DNA of 64,000 nt from Dicyema japonicum. Lineage: Eukaryota > Animalia > Dicyemida. The notes beneath the pieces were generated by a model. The model saw nothing but the letters and a program-made list of their open reading frames with translations, had not been told where the DNA came from and ran no database searches. Below are positions 52,930 through 64,000 of this stretch, one piece after another. Numbering within the stretch: the first letter of the stretch is position 1; each line of letters opens with the position of its first letter. The DNA lies in NCBI GenBank assembly GCA_011109175.1, contig RDEW01000002.1, positions 74,299-138,298 of the forward strand, in the 5' to 3' direction. The translations under genes were made by a program, and so were the position numbers.

Positions 52930-53330
52930 GATATTTTGAAATGTTTATTTGGACTATGGAAGATCGGTACCCACCCGGTCTTGATGAATATCTACAAACA
53001 ATACATTGAACCATGCTTCTCGTACGCGTGTGCTTCGTAGGGACCTTCATTATCATGGACGAATTCCAAGAAAATCGAGGACGTACAAAAGAATGCTTTC
53101 AAAGTCACGGAGCGGTGGACTTGTGGGAGACACAGAACCGGACCGACTACTCTGGAGGCCCTCATCAAACTAAACTTTGGCATGCGGAAAGGTGGCCCCT
53201 CAAATACAGTCAGTCGCCCAGTACGAGCTTGTGTGGGCACGAGGGAGGAGCACCGGGAAAGGATGAAAATTTTGGTGGAACGCATCGGGATCACGTGATA
53301 GCTAGTTTTGTTTTATCGTGGTCTTGGGTG
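52930..53330 (+). mobile_element. CR1/L2/Jockey-group LINE fragment (RT thumb)
   Basis: MNIYKQYIEPCFSYACAS*GPSLSWTNSKKIEDVQKNAFK (the YK.Y+RP.LEYA...W......K+E.VQ motif). Same family as 26760-27000. Confidence 0.7.
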
Positions 53331-54129
53331 TTAAATAAATAAATAATTCGAACCTCTGCCTCAACTAGAGTCCTTCGCTCGCATCTATTCAAGCAAGTCT
53401 TCGTCCGATCTGGAGAGAAATGTGTCAGTCTTTCTCCCACACCTGGAAGTCTGTTGTCGATTCCAGTTAAAGGCTCCACTTTCTTGAATTTCTGTAGTCA
53501 AACACCTTAAAACCTCGTTTTTGGAAAATATTAGTCCTTGTGTTGACGTATTATTCGATGAACCTCAACGACTTTAAATAATGATATAATAAACATTAGA
53601 TTTATCATAGTCATTCATGTCATGGACAAAAAACTCAATACTTAGCTTGTTAACTTCTCCAGGCTCTCAATGAAATCATGTGCTACAATACAAATTCACC
53701 AGTACATTCTTCGTTGTCAGCATCGGTATCTCCCATGTCATTTCGTGCATTTCTTTATTGCCGATTTTCGAGAAAATAGCGGAAATTTCCAATTCCATCA
53801 AGCAGATTGTAACCGGTAAATTCATCGCGGTTAAATCAAGGGACCACGTGCCTGGGATTCTAGATAGAAGAGGTCGAAATATTGATTTTTATATTATAGT
53901 TAAAATGCGATTTTTGAGACTATTTCGACAATAGGAGTCACATGATGAAAATGGAAGAGAGGACCTATTTCTCTACCTCTCTTTAGAAGCGGAAGCCTCT
54001 TTCAGTAGATGACGTAAGCCTCCAATTTATTATTGAGGTTGCTTTTCTTGTCTTTTTAGTTGCCATCTGAAAATACATTATTGGCTAATTTTCAATGGTT
54101 TTTTAAAAAAAAATCATTATATGTAATTG

Positions 54130-54400
54130 TGTATCTTTTATTGAAAAAGCATATCCCCTGACGATTTGCAAGGAGATACGCTCAATGAGCCAGCTACCGT
54201 TTTCTTCTTCGCGATGAGCAAGCCGATCTTGTTTAGCAGGGTCAGTGACCTGCTTCCAATGATTCCTGTCGTTTCGACCGCCACTGGTTCGAATATGAAT
54301 TGTCCTCCAAGACATTTGTATTTTTTATTTTAAGGTCTCAGCCTTCTCCGCAACAGAGCCTGGTCAGTTGCTGTAGTTGAAAGTTTGAAGGGAAAGGCTA
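54130..54400 (-). mobile_element. CRE-like 3' tip within the duplicated unit (also about 58320-58580 and 62410-62660)
   Basis: AVETTEVIGSRPLTLLNKIG...SWLIERISLQIVRGYAFSI, homologous to the WLRQRLEIPIIRGNAFAI C-terminus at 43100. Confidence 0.8.
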
Positions 54401-54549
54401 TCGACACATTTTAAAAATGTAAATGCTATTATAAAATTAAATGTCAAGCCAGAGTACACACCAAGGAGAAGCATCATTTTTAAAAGTCAATAAACACAAT
54501 CATGCTGGTGGTGCTGCTTATGTTAAATCTATGAGAATTACTCATGAGT

Positions 54550-54950
54550 AGTTCGAACTAAGTTAAAAAAGTTAAAATTTAATAATAGTTAATAAAATAT
54601 TAAAATGATTTTTAACTATATTTTATTATAAAAAAACTTATAAATAAATGTATAATAACAAAATTATTAGGTTAAAAGTTAAAAGTTAAATTATTTTAAC
54701 CTTATAATTTTTGATTTAATTTATATTTTTTTAATTATATTAATAATATATTTTGCCACTAAAATTTTTGGTTGACACACCTAAGATAGCAATAATACCA
54801 AATTAATGCTAAGGCCATTGTAAAGTATTATCCTAAGAATTTATGATTCTTGAGGATGGTGCGCTATATTGTCGACTCTGTTTGTGTAACATAAATGCGA
54901 GAAAAGGCAAAAAAAGGCATTTTATAAATTCCCATCAAAATAAATTTTGA
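54550..54950 (+). mobile_element. AT-rich insertion ending in a CGGBP1/hAT-type zinc-finger remnant (copies 1 and 2 only)
   Basis: Interrupts the MULE remnant after ACTCATGAG. MILEDGALYCRLCLCNINAR...HFINSH resembles the BED/CGGBP-type finger of hAT-related transposases. Confidence 0.45.
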
Positions 54951-55890
54951 TTCACTCATATCGAGTGATCAAGGCTACGATTAACGGAATTAGGATTGTG
55001 ATGAACGCATTGAGGGATCAGAATGTTACTGATTTTGATTATACAGCTGACGGTCTTCTTGAGAATGGATACACGTTGTTAGATCTCGTGGATAATCGAC
55101 TGGATGAGATAAAGGAGATGCATAGTGAGTTGTAGGATTCGTCTAAGCAGATTAAGCATCGAATGCTGGTTTTGGAAGAAGTAGACCCAATGTTGTTTGA
55201 CTATGCAATGGATGTGACTGTATGATGAATATATATTCGGAGATTTAAAAAAATGGATGAACTTTTCGTCGATGACATGCGGGAAAATCTGTTCCTGCCG
55301 TCAGTTGATACTGTCAATGCGTTATGGACCAGATGGACATTTCTGAAAGGACTCTGGAGGATGCAGATATAAAACCTAAGAATATCAGGGGTATTGTGAA
55401 GCGGATTCGATGCTTTTGTGAAGAGAATGAACTTCCTTACGTGGAAGAGAATGTTTACACACGTGTGAGTCTTCAACAGTTGGAGGAGACATGGAAAATG
55501 ATGATTAAGGCTTATAGTGAAGAAGGACTAAGCTGAGATTTTCAACGATTTGTGTGATTAAATTGACACGTGGTTGGAGGAGAGTTCAAAGTGTGCAAAA
55601 CTAATTTCGGAAATGGAGGATATTGATGAGCAGTTGTTGGCTGTGAGGGATTTTGTTAGCAAAGTAAACGGATTTGAGGACAAAATTGTGGAATCCGAGA
55701 ATTCGCCGGATTATGGGTTGTGTCACTTTTAGTGTACGAGTGAAAATGATAGGGGATATGACATCCAGAGGATGAGGATAGACTTTAATGGACTGAGGAA
55801 TAGGATGGAGAAGCTGTACTGTCAAGTGGAGAACAATGTCAAGGCTAATGAGAAAAAAGAAGCAGTGACTGAGGAACAACGGAGTTAGTT
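54950..55890 (+). pseudogene. Coiled-coil / spectrin-repeat-like host gene fragment with shared stops (also about 59150-60020 and 63437-63946)
   Basis: Helical charged peptides (ETWKMMIKAY; IDTWLEESSKCAKLISEMEDIDEQLLAVRDF; MRIDFNGLRNRMEKLY) with in-frame TAG/TGA/TAA. The TAA in GATTAAATT is present in all copies. Confidence 0.55.
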
Positions 55891-58800
55891 TAATTTTCTT
55901 TGATTTGTGATTCTGTTGGTTTGTATCATATTTGTTTAATATGATGTTAAACTAGTGAGTGCTATGTCGGACTGTTAGTAGGAATGGAGTATCAAAAACG
56001 AGAAGACGTTTCTTCCAATTTAGGGGTAACTTTTAGTCTACTCATTTGATTTATTAGTCTTGTAAGAATCTCTGCTCGTGTTATGGAAGGACTTCTGTGT
56101 GGTCTCAGAATGAACAAGATAGTATCGGCAGCCATGGGAATTAAAAATAAATTGTTAACCCTCCTTCATTAACACTTTGGAAGGTGGTGCCAAGGTCTCT
56201 CCTAAAAATTCTGCAAATTCATGTCACATCTCAGAGATACCCCTGATCCGCTTATACTATTTGCACATCAGGTGGAGCTGGATGGGAATATTGAAGCATT
56301 TTTCTTATTCCAGGCTATCTTCGTTCGGACTTTCACACAAGAGTTTCGTTTAACCGATGATCGAATGCGCTTGTGCGGTATTGATAGCCTCGCTCTCGCT
56401 ATCTCCGCAGAACATATTTTGATTAAGAACCGATGTCTCAGATTCATTGCGATATCTTAAAGGGACAGATCACCTGACGGAGCATCAACTAGACTTCACT
56501 AAAATGATCGAGTTTCCGTACCATCTCTTTGGGCCAGAAATCAGTGGAATTCTATTCAAGATATAAGAAGTTCAGTATTGGCAATCGATGGAACTCTTAC
56601 AAAGAATGACTAATGCAGAGCTTTTCAAAAAATAATTCTCGCGCACACTAATCGTAAAAAAAATATCCACGGCACACATTAAACTAAGTACAAAAATTGG
56701 TAATTTAATGCCCAAATTTTTATTAATAAACAAATGAATTCTTAATTATTATTGTTTTGCATATATCATCAATTTCAGGTCGAATGGTTGACAAAGGCAC
56801 CCGCATTTCAGCACAAATCGACGAGAAACAGTATTATCTGACAAAGGTATCTTCATTATTTTTTGTCATATTTATGACCAAACATAGTCCAAGCAATAAT
56901 ACGACAAGCAGGGATTATCAAGTTTTCGCCAATAATGTGAAATTTTAGTTGTTTTGCTATCAATTCTGAGATCAGGTATGAACATTTCAATGATTCTTTG
57001 TGTTTAAAAAAGTTTAACTGAACATCATTTGACTAGATCTACGATTCATAGTAAAAACTAAATAATACTTGTGTTGTTTTTTCAATGGATAAAATAATCC
57101 ACAGATTTTTCGGAATAGTCCGGATGCTTGGAAGTACCATAGCATAATCTGCCTAAACTTCCGTGCAAATTAGACATTTAGGTAATTTATTTTTATCTTT
57201 GTATATAAATCCAAATGACAAATAAGAATCTTTATAAGAACGACGAACTGATTACCCATAAGCATGTTGATGCGCACGTTTTAAAAAATTAATAAATAAT
57301 GGTTAACCAATGTAAATGTCATTTAATGTATAATAAAAAAATGATTATTTTAATTTTAGTAATTATTTTATTCGTTTATCTTTTTAAATTAATTAGGTCA
57401 AAAAATGTAAGCCGCCCAGTACGAGCTTGTGTGGGCACGAGGGAGGAGCACCGAGAAAGGATGAGGATTTGGTGAAACACATCGGGATCACGTGATAGTT
57501 AGTTTTGTTTTATCGTGGACTTGGGTGTTAAATAAATAAATAATTCGAGCTTCTGCTCAACTAGAGTCTTTCGCTGGCATCTATTCAAGCAAGTCTTTGT
57601 CCGATTTTAGAAAGAAATGTGTTAGTCTTTCTCCCACAACCCAGAAGTCTGTTGTCGATTCCAGTTAAAGGCTCCACTTTCTTGAATTTCTGTAGTCAAA
57701 CACCTTAAAACCTCGTTTTTGGAATAAATAGTCCTTGTGTTGACGTATTATTCGATGAACCTCAACGACTTTAAATAATGATATAATAAACATTAGATTT
57801 ATCATAGTCATTCATGTCATGGACAAAAAACTCAATACTTAGCTTGTTAACTTCCCCAGGCTCTCAATGAAATCATGTGCTACAATACAAATTCACCAGT
57901 ACATTCTTCGTTGTCACCATCGGTATCTCCCATGTCATTTCGTGCATTTCTTTATTGCCGATTTTTGAGAAATAGCGGAAATTTCAAATTCCATTAAGCA
58001 GGTTGTAACCGGTAAATTCATCGCGGTTAAATCAAGGGACCACGTGCCTGGGTTTCTAGATAGAAGAGGTCGAAATATTGATTTTTACGTTACAGTTAAA
58101 ATGCGATTTTTGAGACTATTTCGACAATAGAGTCACATGATGAAAATGGAAGAGAGGACCTATTTCTCTACCTCTCTTGAGAAACGGAAGCCTCTTTCAG
58201 TAGATGACGTAAGCCTCCAATTCATTATTGAGGTTGCTTTTCTTGTCTTTCTAGCTGCCATCTGAAAATACACTATGGTTAATTTTCAATGGTTTCTTTT
58301 AAAAAAAATCATTATATATAATTGTGTATCTTTTATTGAAAAAGCATATCCCCTGACGATTTGCAAGGAGATACGTTCAATGAGCCAGCTACTATCGTTA
58401 TTCTTCTTTGCGATGAGCAAGCCGATCTTGTTTAGCAGGGTCAGTGGCCTGCTTCCAATGACTTCTGTCGTTTCGACCGCCACTGGTTCGAATATGAATT
58501 GTCCTCCAAGACATTTGTATTTTTTATCTTTAAGGTCTCAGCCTTCTCCGCAACAGAGCCTGGTCAGTTGCTGTAGTTGAAAGTTTGAAGGGAGAGAGGC
58601 TATCGACACATTTTAAAAATGTAAATGCTATTATAAAATTAAATGTCAAGCCAGAGTACACACCAAGAGGAGACATCATTTTTAAAAGTCAATAAACACA
58701 ATCATGCTGGTGGTGCTGCTTATGTTAAATCTATGGAGAATTACTCATGAGTAGTTCGAAACTAAGTTAAAAAAGTTAAAATTTATAATAGTAATAATAA

Positions 58801-61800
58801 TTATTAAAATGATTTTAACTATATTTTATTATAAAAAACTTATAAATAAATGTAATAAACAAAATTATTTAGGTAAAAGTTAAAGTTAAAATTATTTAAC
58901 CTATAATTTTTGATTAATTATTTTTTTTAATTAACTAATAAATATATTTTGCCACTAAAATTTTGGTTGACACACCTAAGATAGCAAAATAATACCAAAT
59001 AAAGCTAAGGCATTGTAAAGTATTATCTAAAAGATTATGATTCTTGAGGATGGTGCGCTATATTGTCGCTCTGTTTGTGTACATAAAATGCGAGAAAGCA
59101 AAAAAAGGCATTTTATAAATTCCCATCAAAAAATTTTGATTCACTCATATCGAGTGATCAAGGCTACGATGTAACGGAATTAGGATTGTGATGAACGCAT
59201 GAGGGATCAGAAGTTACTGTTTTGATTATACAGCTGACGTCTTGAAATGGATACACGTTGTTAGATCTCGTTGGAAATCGACGGATGGATAAAGGAGATG
59301 CATAGTAAGTTGTAGGATTCGTCTAAGCAGATTAAGCATCGAATGCTGGTTTGGAAGAAGTAGACCCAATGTTGTTTGACTATGCAATGGATGTGACTGT
59401 ATGATGAATATATATTCGGAGATTTAAAAAAATGGATGAACTTTTCGTCGATGACATGCGGGAAATTTCTGCCGTCAGTTGATACTGTCAATGCGTTTAT
59501 GGACAGATGGGAAAGGACTCTGAGGATGCAGATATAAACCTAAGAATATCAGGGGTATTTGAAGCGGATTCGATGCTTTTGTGAAGAGAATGAACTTCCT
59601 TACGTGGAAGAGAATGTTACACACGTGTGAGTCTTCAACAGTTAGGAGACATGGAAAATGAGATAGGTTATAGTGAAAGAAGGACTAAGCTGAGATTTCA
59701 ACGATTGTGTGATTAAATTGACACGTGTTGAGGAGAGTTCAAAGTGTGCAGAACTAATTTCGGAAATGGAGGATATTGAGAGCAGTTGGCTGTGAGGGAT
59801 TTTGTTAGCAAGTAAACGGATTGAGGAAAATTGTGGAATCCGAGAATTTCGCCGGATATGGTTGTGTCACTTTAGTGTACGAGTGAAAATGATAGGGGGT
59901 AGACATCCAGGATGAGGATAACTTTAATGACTGAGGAAATGGATGGAGAGCTGTACTGTAATGGAGAACAAGTTCAAGGCTATTGAAAAAAGAAGCAGTG
60001 ATGAGGAACAACGGAGTTAGTTTAATTTTCTTTTGATTGTGATTCTGTGGATTGTATCATATTTGTAATATGATGTTACTAGTGATGCTATGTCGGACTG
60101 TTAGAGGATGGAGTATCAAAAACGAGAGAACGTTTCTTCCAATTTAGGGTAATTTTAGTCTACTCATTTGATTTATTAGTCTTGTAAGAATCTTGCTCGT
60201 GTTATGGAAGGACTTCTGTGTGGTTCAGAATGACAAGATAGTATCGCAGCCATGGAATTAAAAATAAATCGTTAACCTCATTTATTAACACTTGGAAGTG
60301 TGCAAGGTCTCCTTAAAAATTCTGCTAATTCATGTCACATCTTCAGAGATACCTGATCCGCTATACTATTTGCACATCAGGAGCTGGATGGGAATATTGA
60401 AGCATTTTCTTATTCCAGGCTATCTTCGTTCGGACTTACACACAAGAGTTTCGTTTACCGATGATCGAATGCGCTTGTGCGGTATTGATAGCCTCGCTCT
60501 CGCTATCTCCGCAGGACATATTTTGATTAAGAACCGATGTCTCAGATTCATTGCGATATCTTAAAGGGACAGAACACCTGACGGAGCATCAACTAGACTT
60601 CACTAAATGACCGAGTTTCCGTACCATCTCTTTGGGCAGAAATCAGTGAATTCTATTCAAGATATAAGAAGTTCAGTATTGGCAACGATGAACTCTTACA
60701 AAGAATGACTAATGCAGAGCTTTTCAAAAAATAATTCTCGCGGCACACTAATCGTAAAAAAATAATCCACGCACACATTAACTAAGTAAAAAATTGGTAA
60801 TTTAATGCCCAAATTATTAATAAACAAATGAATTCTTAATTATTATTGTTTTTGCATATATCATCAATTTCAGTCGAATGGTTGACAAAGCACCCGCATT
60901 TCAGCACAAATCCGACGAGAACAGTATTATCTGACAAAGGTATCTTCATTATTTGTTCATATTTATGACCAAACATAGTCCAAGCAATAATACGACAAGC
61001 AGGATTATCAAGTTTTCGCCAATAATTGAAATTTTAGTTGTTTTGCTATCAATTCTGAGATCAGTATGAACATTTCAATGATTCCTTTGTGTTTAAAAAA
61101 GTTTAACTGAACATCATTTGACTAGATCTACGATTCATAGTAAAACTAATAATACTTGTGTTTTTTCAAATGATAAATAATCCACAGATTTTCGGAATAG
61201 TCCGATGCTTGGAAGTACCATAGCATAATCTGCCTAAACTTCCGTGCAAATTAGACATTTAGGTAATTTATTTTATCTTTGTATATAAATCCAAATGACA
61301 AATAAGAATCTTTATAAGAACGACGAACTGATTTACCCATAAGCATGTTGATGCGCACGTTTTAAAAAATTAATAAATAATGGTTAACCAATGTAAATGA
61401 TTTAATGTATAATAAAAAATGATTATTTTAATTTTAGTAATTATTTAATTCGTTTATCTTTTTAAATTAATTAGGTCAAAATGTAGCCGCCCAGTACGAG
61501 CTTGTGTGGGCACGAGGGAGGAGCACCGAGAAAGGAATGAGGATTTTGGTGAAAACATCGGGATCACGTGATAGTTAGTTTTGTTTTATCGTGGACTTGG
61601 GTGTTAAATAAATAAATAATTCGAGCTTCTGCCTCAACTAGAGTCTTTCGCTGGCATCTATTCAAGCAAGTCTTTGTCCGATTTTAGAAAGAAATGTGTT
61701 AGTCTTTCTCCCACAACCCAGAAGTCTGTTGTCGATTCCAGTTAAAGGCTCCACTTTCTTGGATTTCTGTAGTCAAACAGCTTAAAACCTCATTTTTGGA

Positions 61801-62659
61801 AATAAATAGTCCTTGTGTTGACGTATTATTCGATGAACCTCAACGACTTTAAATAATGATGTAATAAACATTATATTTATCATAGTCATTCATGTTATGG
61901 ACAAAAAACTCAATACTTAGCTTGTTAACTTCTACAGGCTCTCAATGAAATCATGTGCTACAATACAAATTCACTAATACATTCTTTGTTGTCAGCATCG
62001 GTATCTCCCATGTCATTTCGTGCATTTCTTTATTGCCGCTATTTTCTGACAAAATAGCGGAAATTTTCAATTCCATCAAGCAGATTGTAACCGGTAAATT
62101 CATCGCGGTTAAATCAAGGGACCACGTGCCTGGGTTTCTAGATAGAAGAGGTCGAAATTTTGATTTTTATTATAGTTAAAATGCGATTTTTGAGACTAAT
62201 TCGACAATAGGAGTCACATGATGAAAATGGGAGAGAGGACCTATTTCTCTACCTCTCTTTATAAGCGGAAGCCTCTCTTCAGTAGATGACGTAAGCCTCC
62301 AATTCATTATTGAGGTTGCTTTTCTTGTCTTTTTAGCTGCCATCTGAAAATACACTATTGGCTAATTTTCAATGGTTTCTTTTAAAAAAATCATTATATG
62401 TAATTGTGTTTTTTTTATTGAAAAAGCATTTCCCCTGACGATTTGCAAGGAGATACGTTCAATGAGCCAGCTCTATTCGTTTTCTTCTTCGCGATGAGCA
62501 AGCCGATCTTGTTTAGCAGGGTCAGTGACCTGCTTCCAATGATTCCTGTCGTTTCAACCGCCACTGGTTCGAATATGAATTGTCCTCCAAGACATTTGTA
62601 TTTTTTATTTTAAGGTCTCAGCCTTCTCCGCAACAGAGCCTGGTCAGTTGCTGTAGTTG

Positions 62660-63010
62660 AAAGGTTGGAGGGAAAAAGGCTATCGACACATTTTAAAAAT
62701 GTAAATGCTATTATAAAATTAAATGTCAAGCCAGAGTACACACCAAGGGAGACATCATTTTTAAAAGTCAATGAGCACAATCATGCTGGTGGATCTTCTT
62801 ATGTTAAATCTATGAGAATTACTCATGAGATAAAAAAGAGCTCTTGAATCACAAGAAAATCCGCATCTTATTACAACTGAAGTGTGTGTAGGTTTGCCAC
62901 TGGAGGTTTCTGCCCGACTACCGGCAACTTCTTTTATTAAAAGGAACATTAGAATCTGAAACTATTTAGAAGCTCAAGCTCCTCCCAATCCACTTAACAG
63001 ACCAATCAAG
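62660..63010 (+). mobile_element. Mutator-like (MULE) transposase N-terminal remnant with FLYWCH finger (truncated versions at about 54390-54549 and 58590-58750)
   Basis: KCQARVHT...HNHAG..HEIKKRALESQENPHLI...ARLPATSFIKRNIR...PPNP is the typical FLYWCH plus post-FLYWCH helix of MULE transposases. Confidence 0.7.
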
Positions 63011-64000
63011 AATACTCTTAGCATAGACTAGTTTGACCTTTAGTTTAATCGATAATACACAATTTTCTATCACTTTAACCAATACACACACCCACGAGGT
63101 GCATAACCTTGATTAGAACTTAACACTTGTGGAGAATTGAATTTTTCGATTTTTTTATCTTTGGGATTCGCACACGTGACTCATATCGTCGAATTAAACT
63201 CCAAAATCAAATTTTAACTACCAAAGGAAAATAAGCTCATGACCTTCATTCACAAACATGCAATAAACTCCACATCGTTTTCATCTGGAAACTAGGATAT
63301 TAAAATTATGACTTTCTGGGAAGCCACAAAAAGCATATGCTCGCAAAAGTGGGCAAGTCCTGGAATGTAATGTGGTTCGTAGAATGATCCTATAATTAAT
63401 GATAAGGTTACCAATGCCCACGGAACTTACTTCCATGGAAGAGAATGTTTACACACGTGTGAGTATTCAACAGTTGGAGGAGACATGGGAAATGATAATT
63501 GAGGCTTATCATGATAAAAGGACTAAGCTTTTGCGGGATTTGAGTGAACGGGAGAAGGATATTTAACTTATTATTATTGTAGACTCGCGGCTGAGATTTT
63601 CAACGATTTGTGTGATTAAATTGACACGTGGTTGGAGGAGAGTTCAAAGTGTGCAAAACTAATTTCGGAAATGGAGGATATTGATGAGCAGTTGTTGGCT
63701 GTGAGGGATTTTGTTAGCAAAGTAAACGGATTTGAGGACAAAATTGTGGAATCCGAGAATTCGCCGGAGTATGGGTTGTGTCACTTTCAGTGTACGAGTG
63801 AAAATGATAGGGGATATGACATCCAGAGGATGAGGATAGACTTTAATGGACTGAGGAATAGGATGGAGAAGCTGTACTGTCAAGTGGAGAACAATGTCAA
63901 GGCTAATGAGAAAAAAGAAGCAGTGACTGAGGAACAACGGAGTTAGTTTAATTTTCTTTGATTTGTGATTCTGTTGGTTTGTATCATATTTGTTTAATAT

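Larger units (their letters stand above)
53215..64000 (+). repeat. Tandem segmental duplication, ~4.2-kb unit (copies start at 53215, 57413 and 61488; the third copy is rearranged and runs off the window)
   Basis: CGCCCAGTACGAGCTTGTGTGGGCACGAGGGAGGAGCACCG recurs at the three starts and the downstream sequence is colinear. Periods are 4198 and 4075 nt. Copy 3 diverges after about 62829 and resumes unit sequence at about 63437. Confidence 0.95.

Noticed and set aside
34804-55760. Stop-codon reassignment suggested by TAG in spectrin and stops in the duplicated coiled-coil gene
   Set aside because: RPC1, CFAP52, PUM3 and EAPP models have no internal stops, and the duplicated fragment uses all three stop codons, as a pseudogene would.

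Overview
Eukaryotic, almost certainly metazoan, genomic DNA. It has no prokaryotic features, CRISPR array or rRNA. Host genes are broken by dozens of ultrashort GT-AG introns, mostly 19-31 nt. Beta-spectrin, ciliary genes and introns this short best fit a dicyemid mesozoan such as Dicyema (inference, not proven). Recognisable genes are POLR3A/RPC1 (5' end outside the window), an Lgl/tomosyn-family WD40 gene, CFAP52, RPGRIP1L, PUM3, a beta-spectrin, a GT31 beta-1,3-galactosyltransferase and EAPP. Between them are AT-rich transposon nests: one near-full-length RLE-type (R4/Dong-like) non-LTR element with a 29-bp target-site duplication, at least 12 CRE-like 3' fragments, pogo/Tigger, MULE, hAT, integrase and APE-LINE remnants, and a tRNA-derived SINE. 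The last ~11 kb is a tandem ~4.2-kb mosaic segmental duplication. The strongest unexplained signal is the palindrome CACGTG: 58 sites counted by hand against roughly 7 expected. It occurs in all three reading frames of host exons and in introns, and is absent from the young retroelement, which resembles a eukaryotic HIP1-like iterated palindrome. Scattered homopolymer indels and one deletion-riddled repeat copy indicate an imperfectly polished long-read assembly, so isolated frameshifts should be treated with caution. All counts and exon models were made by eye.
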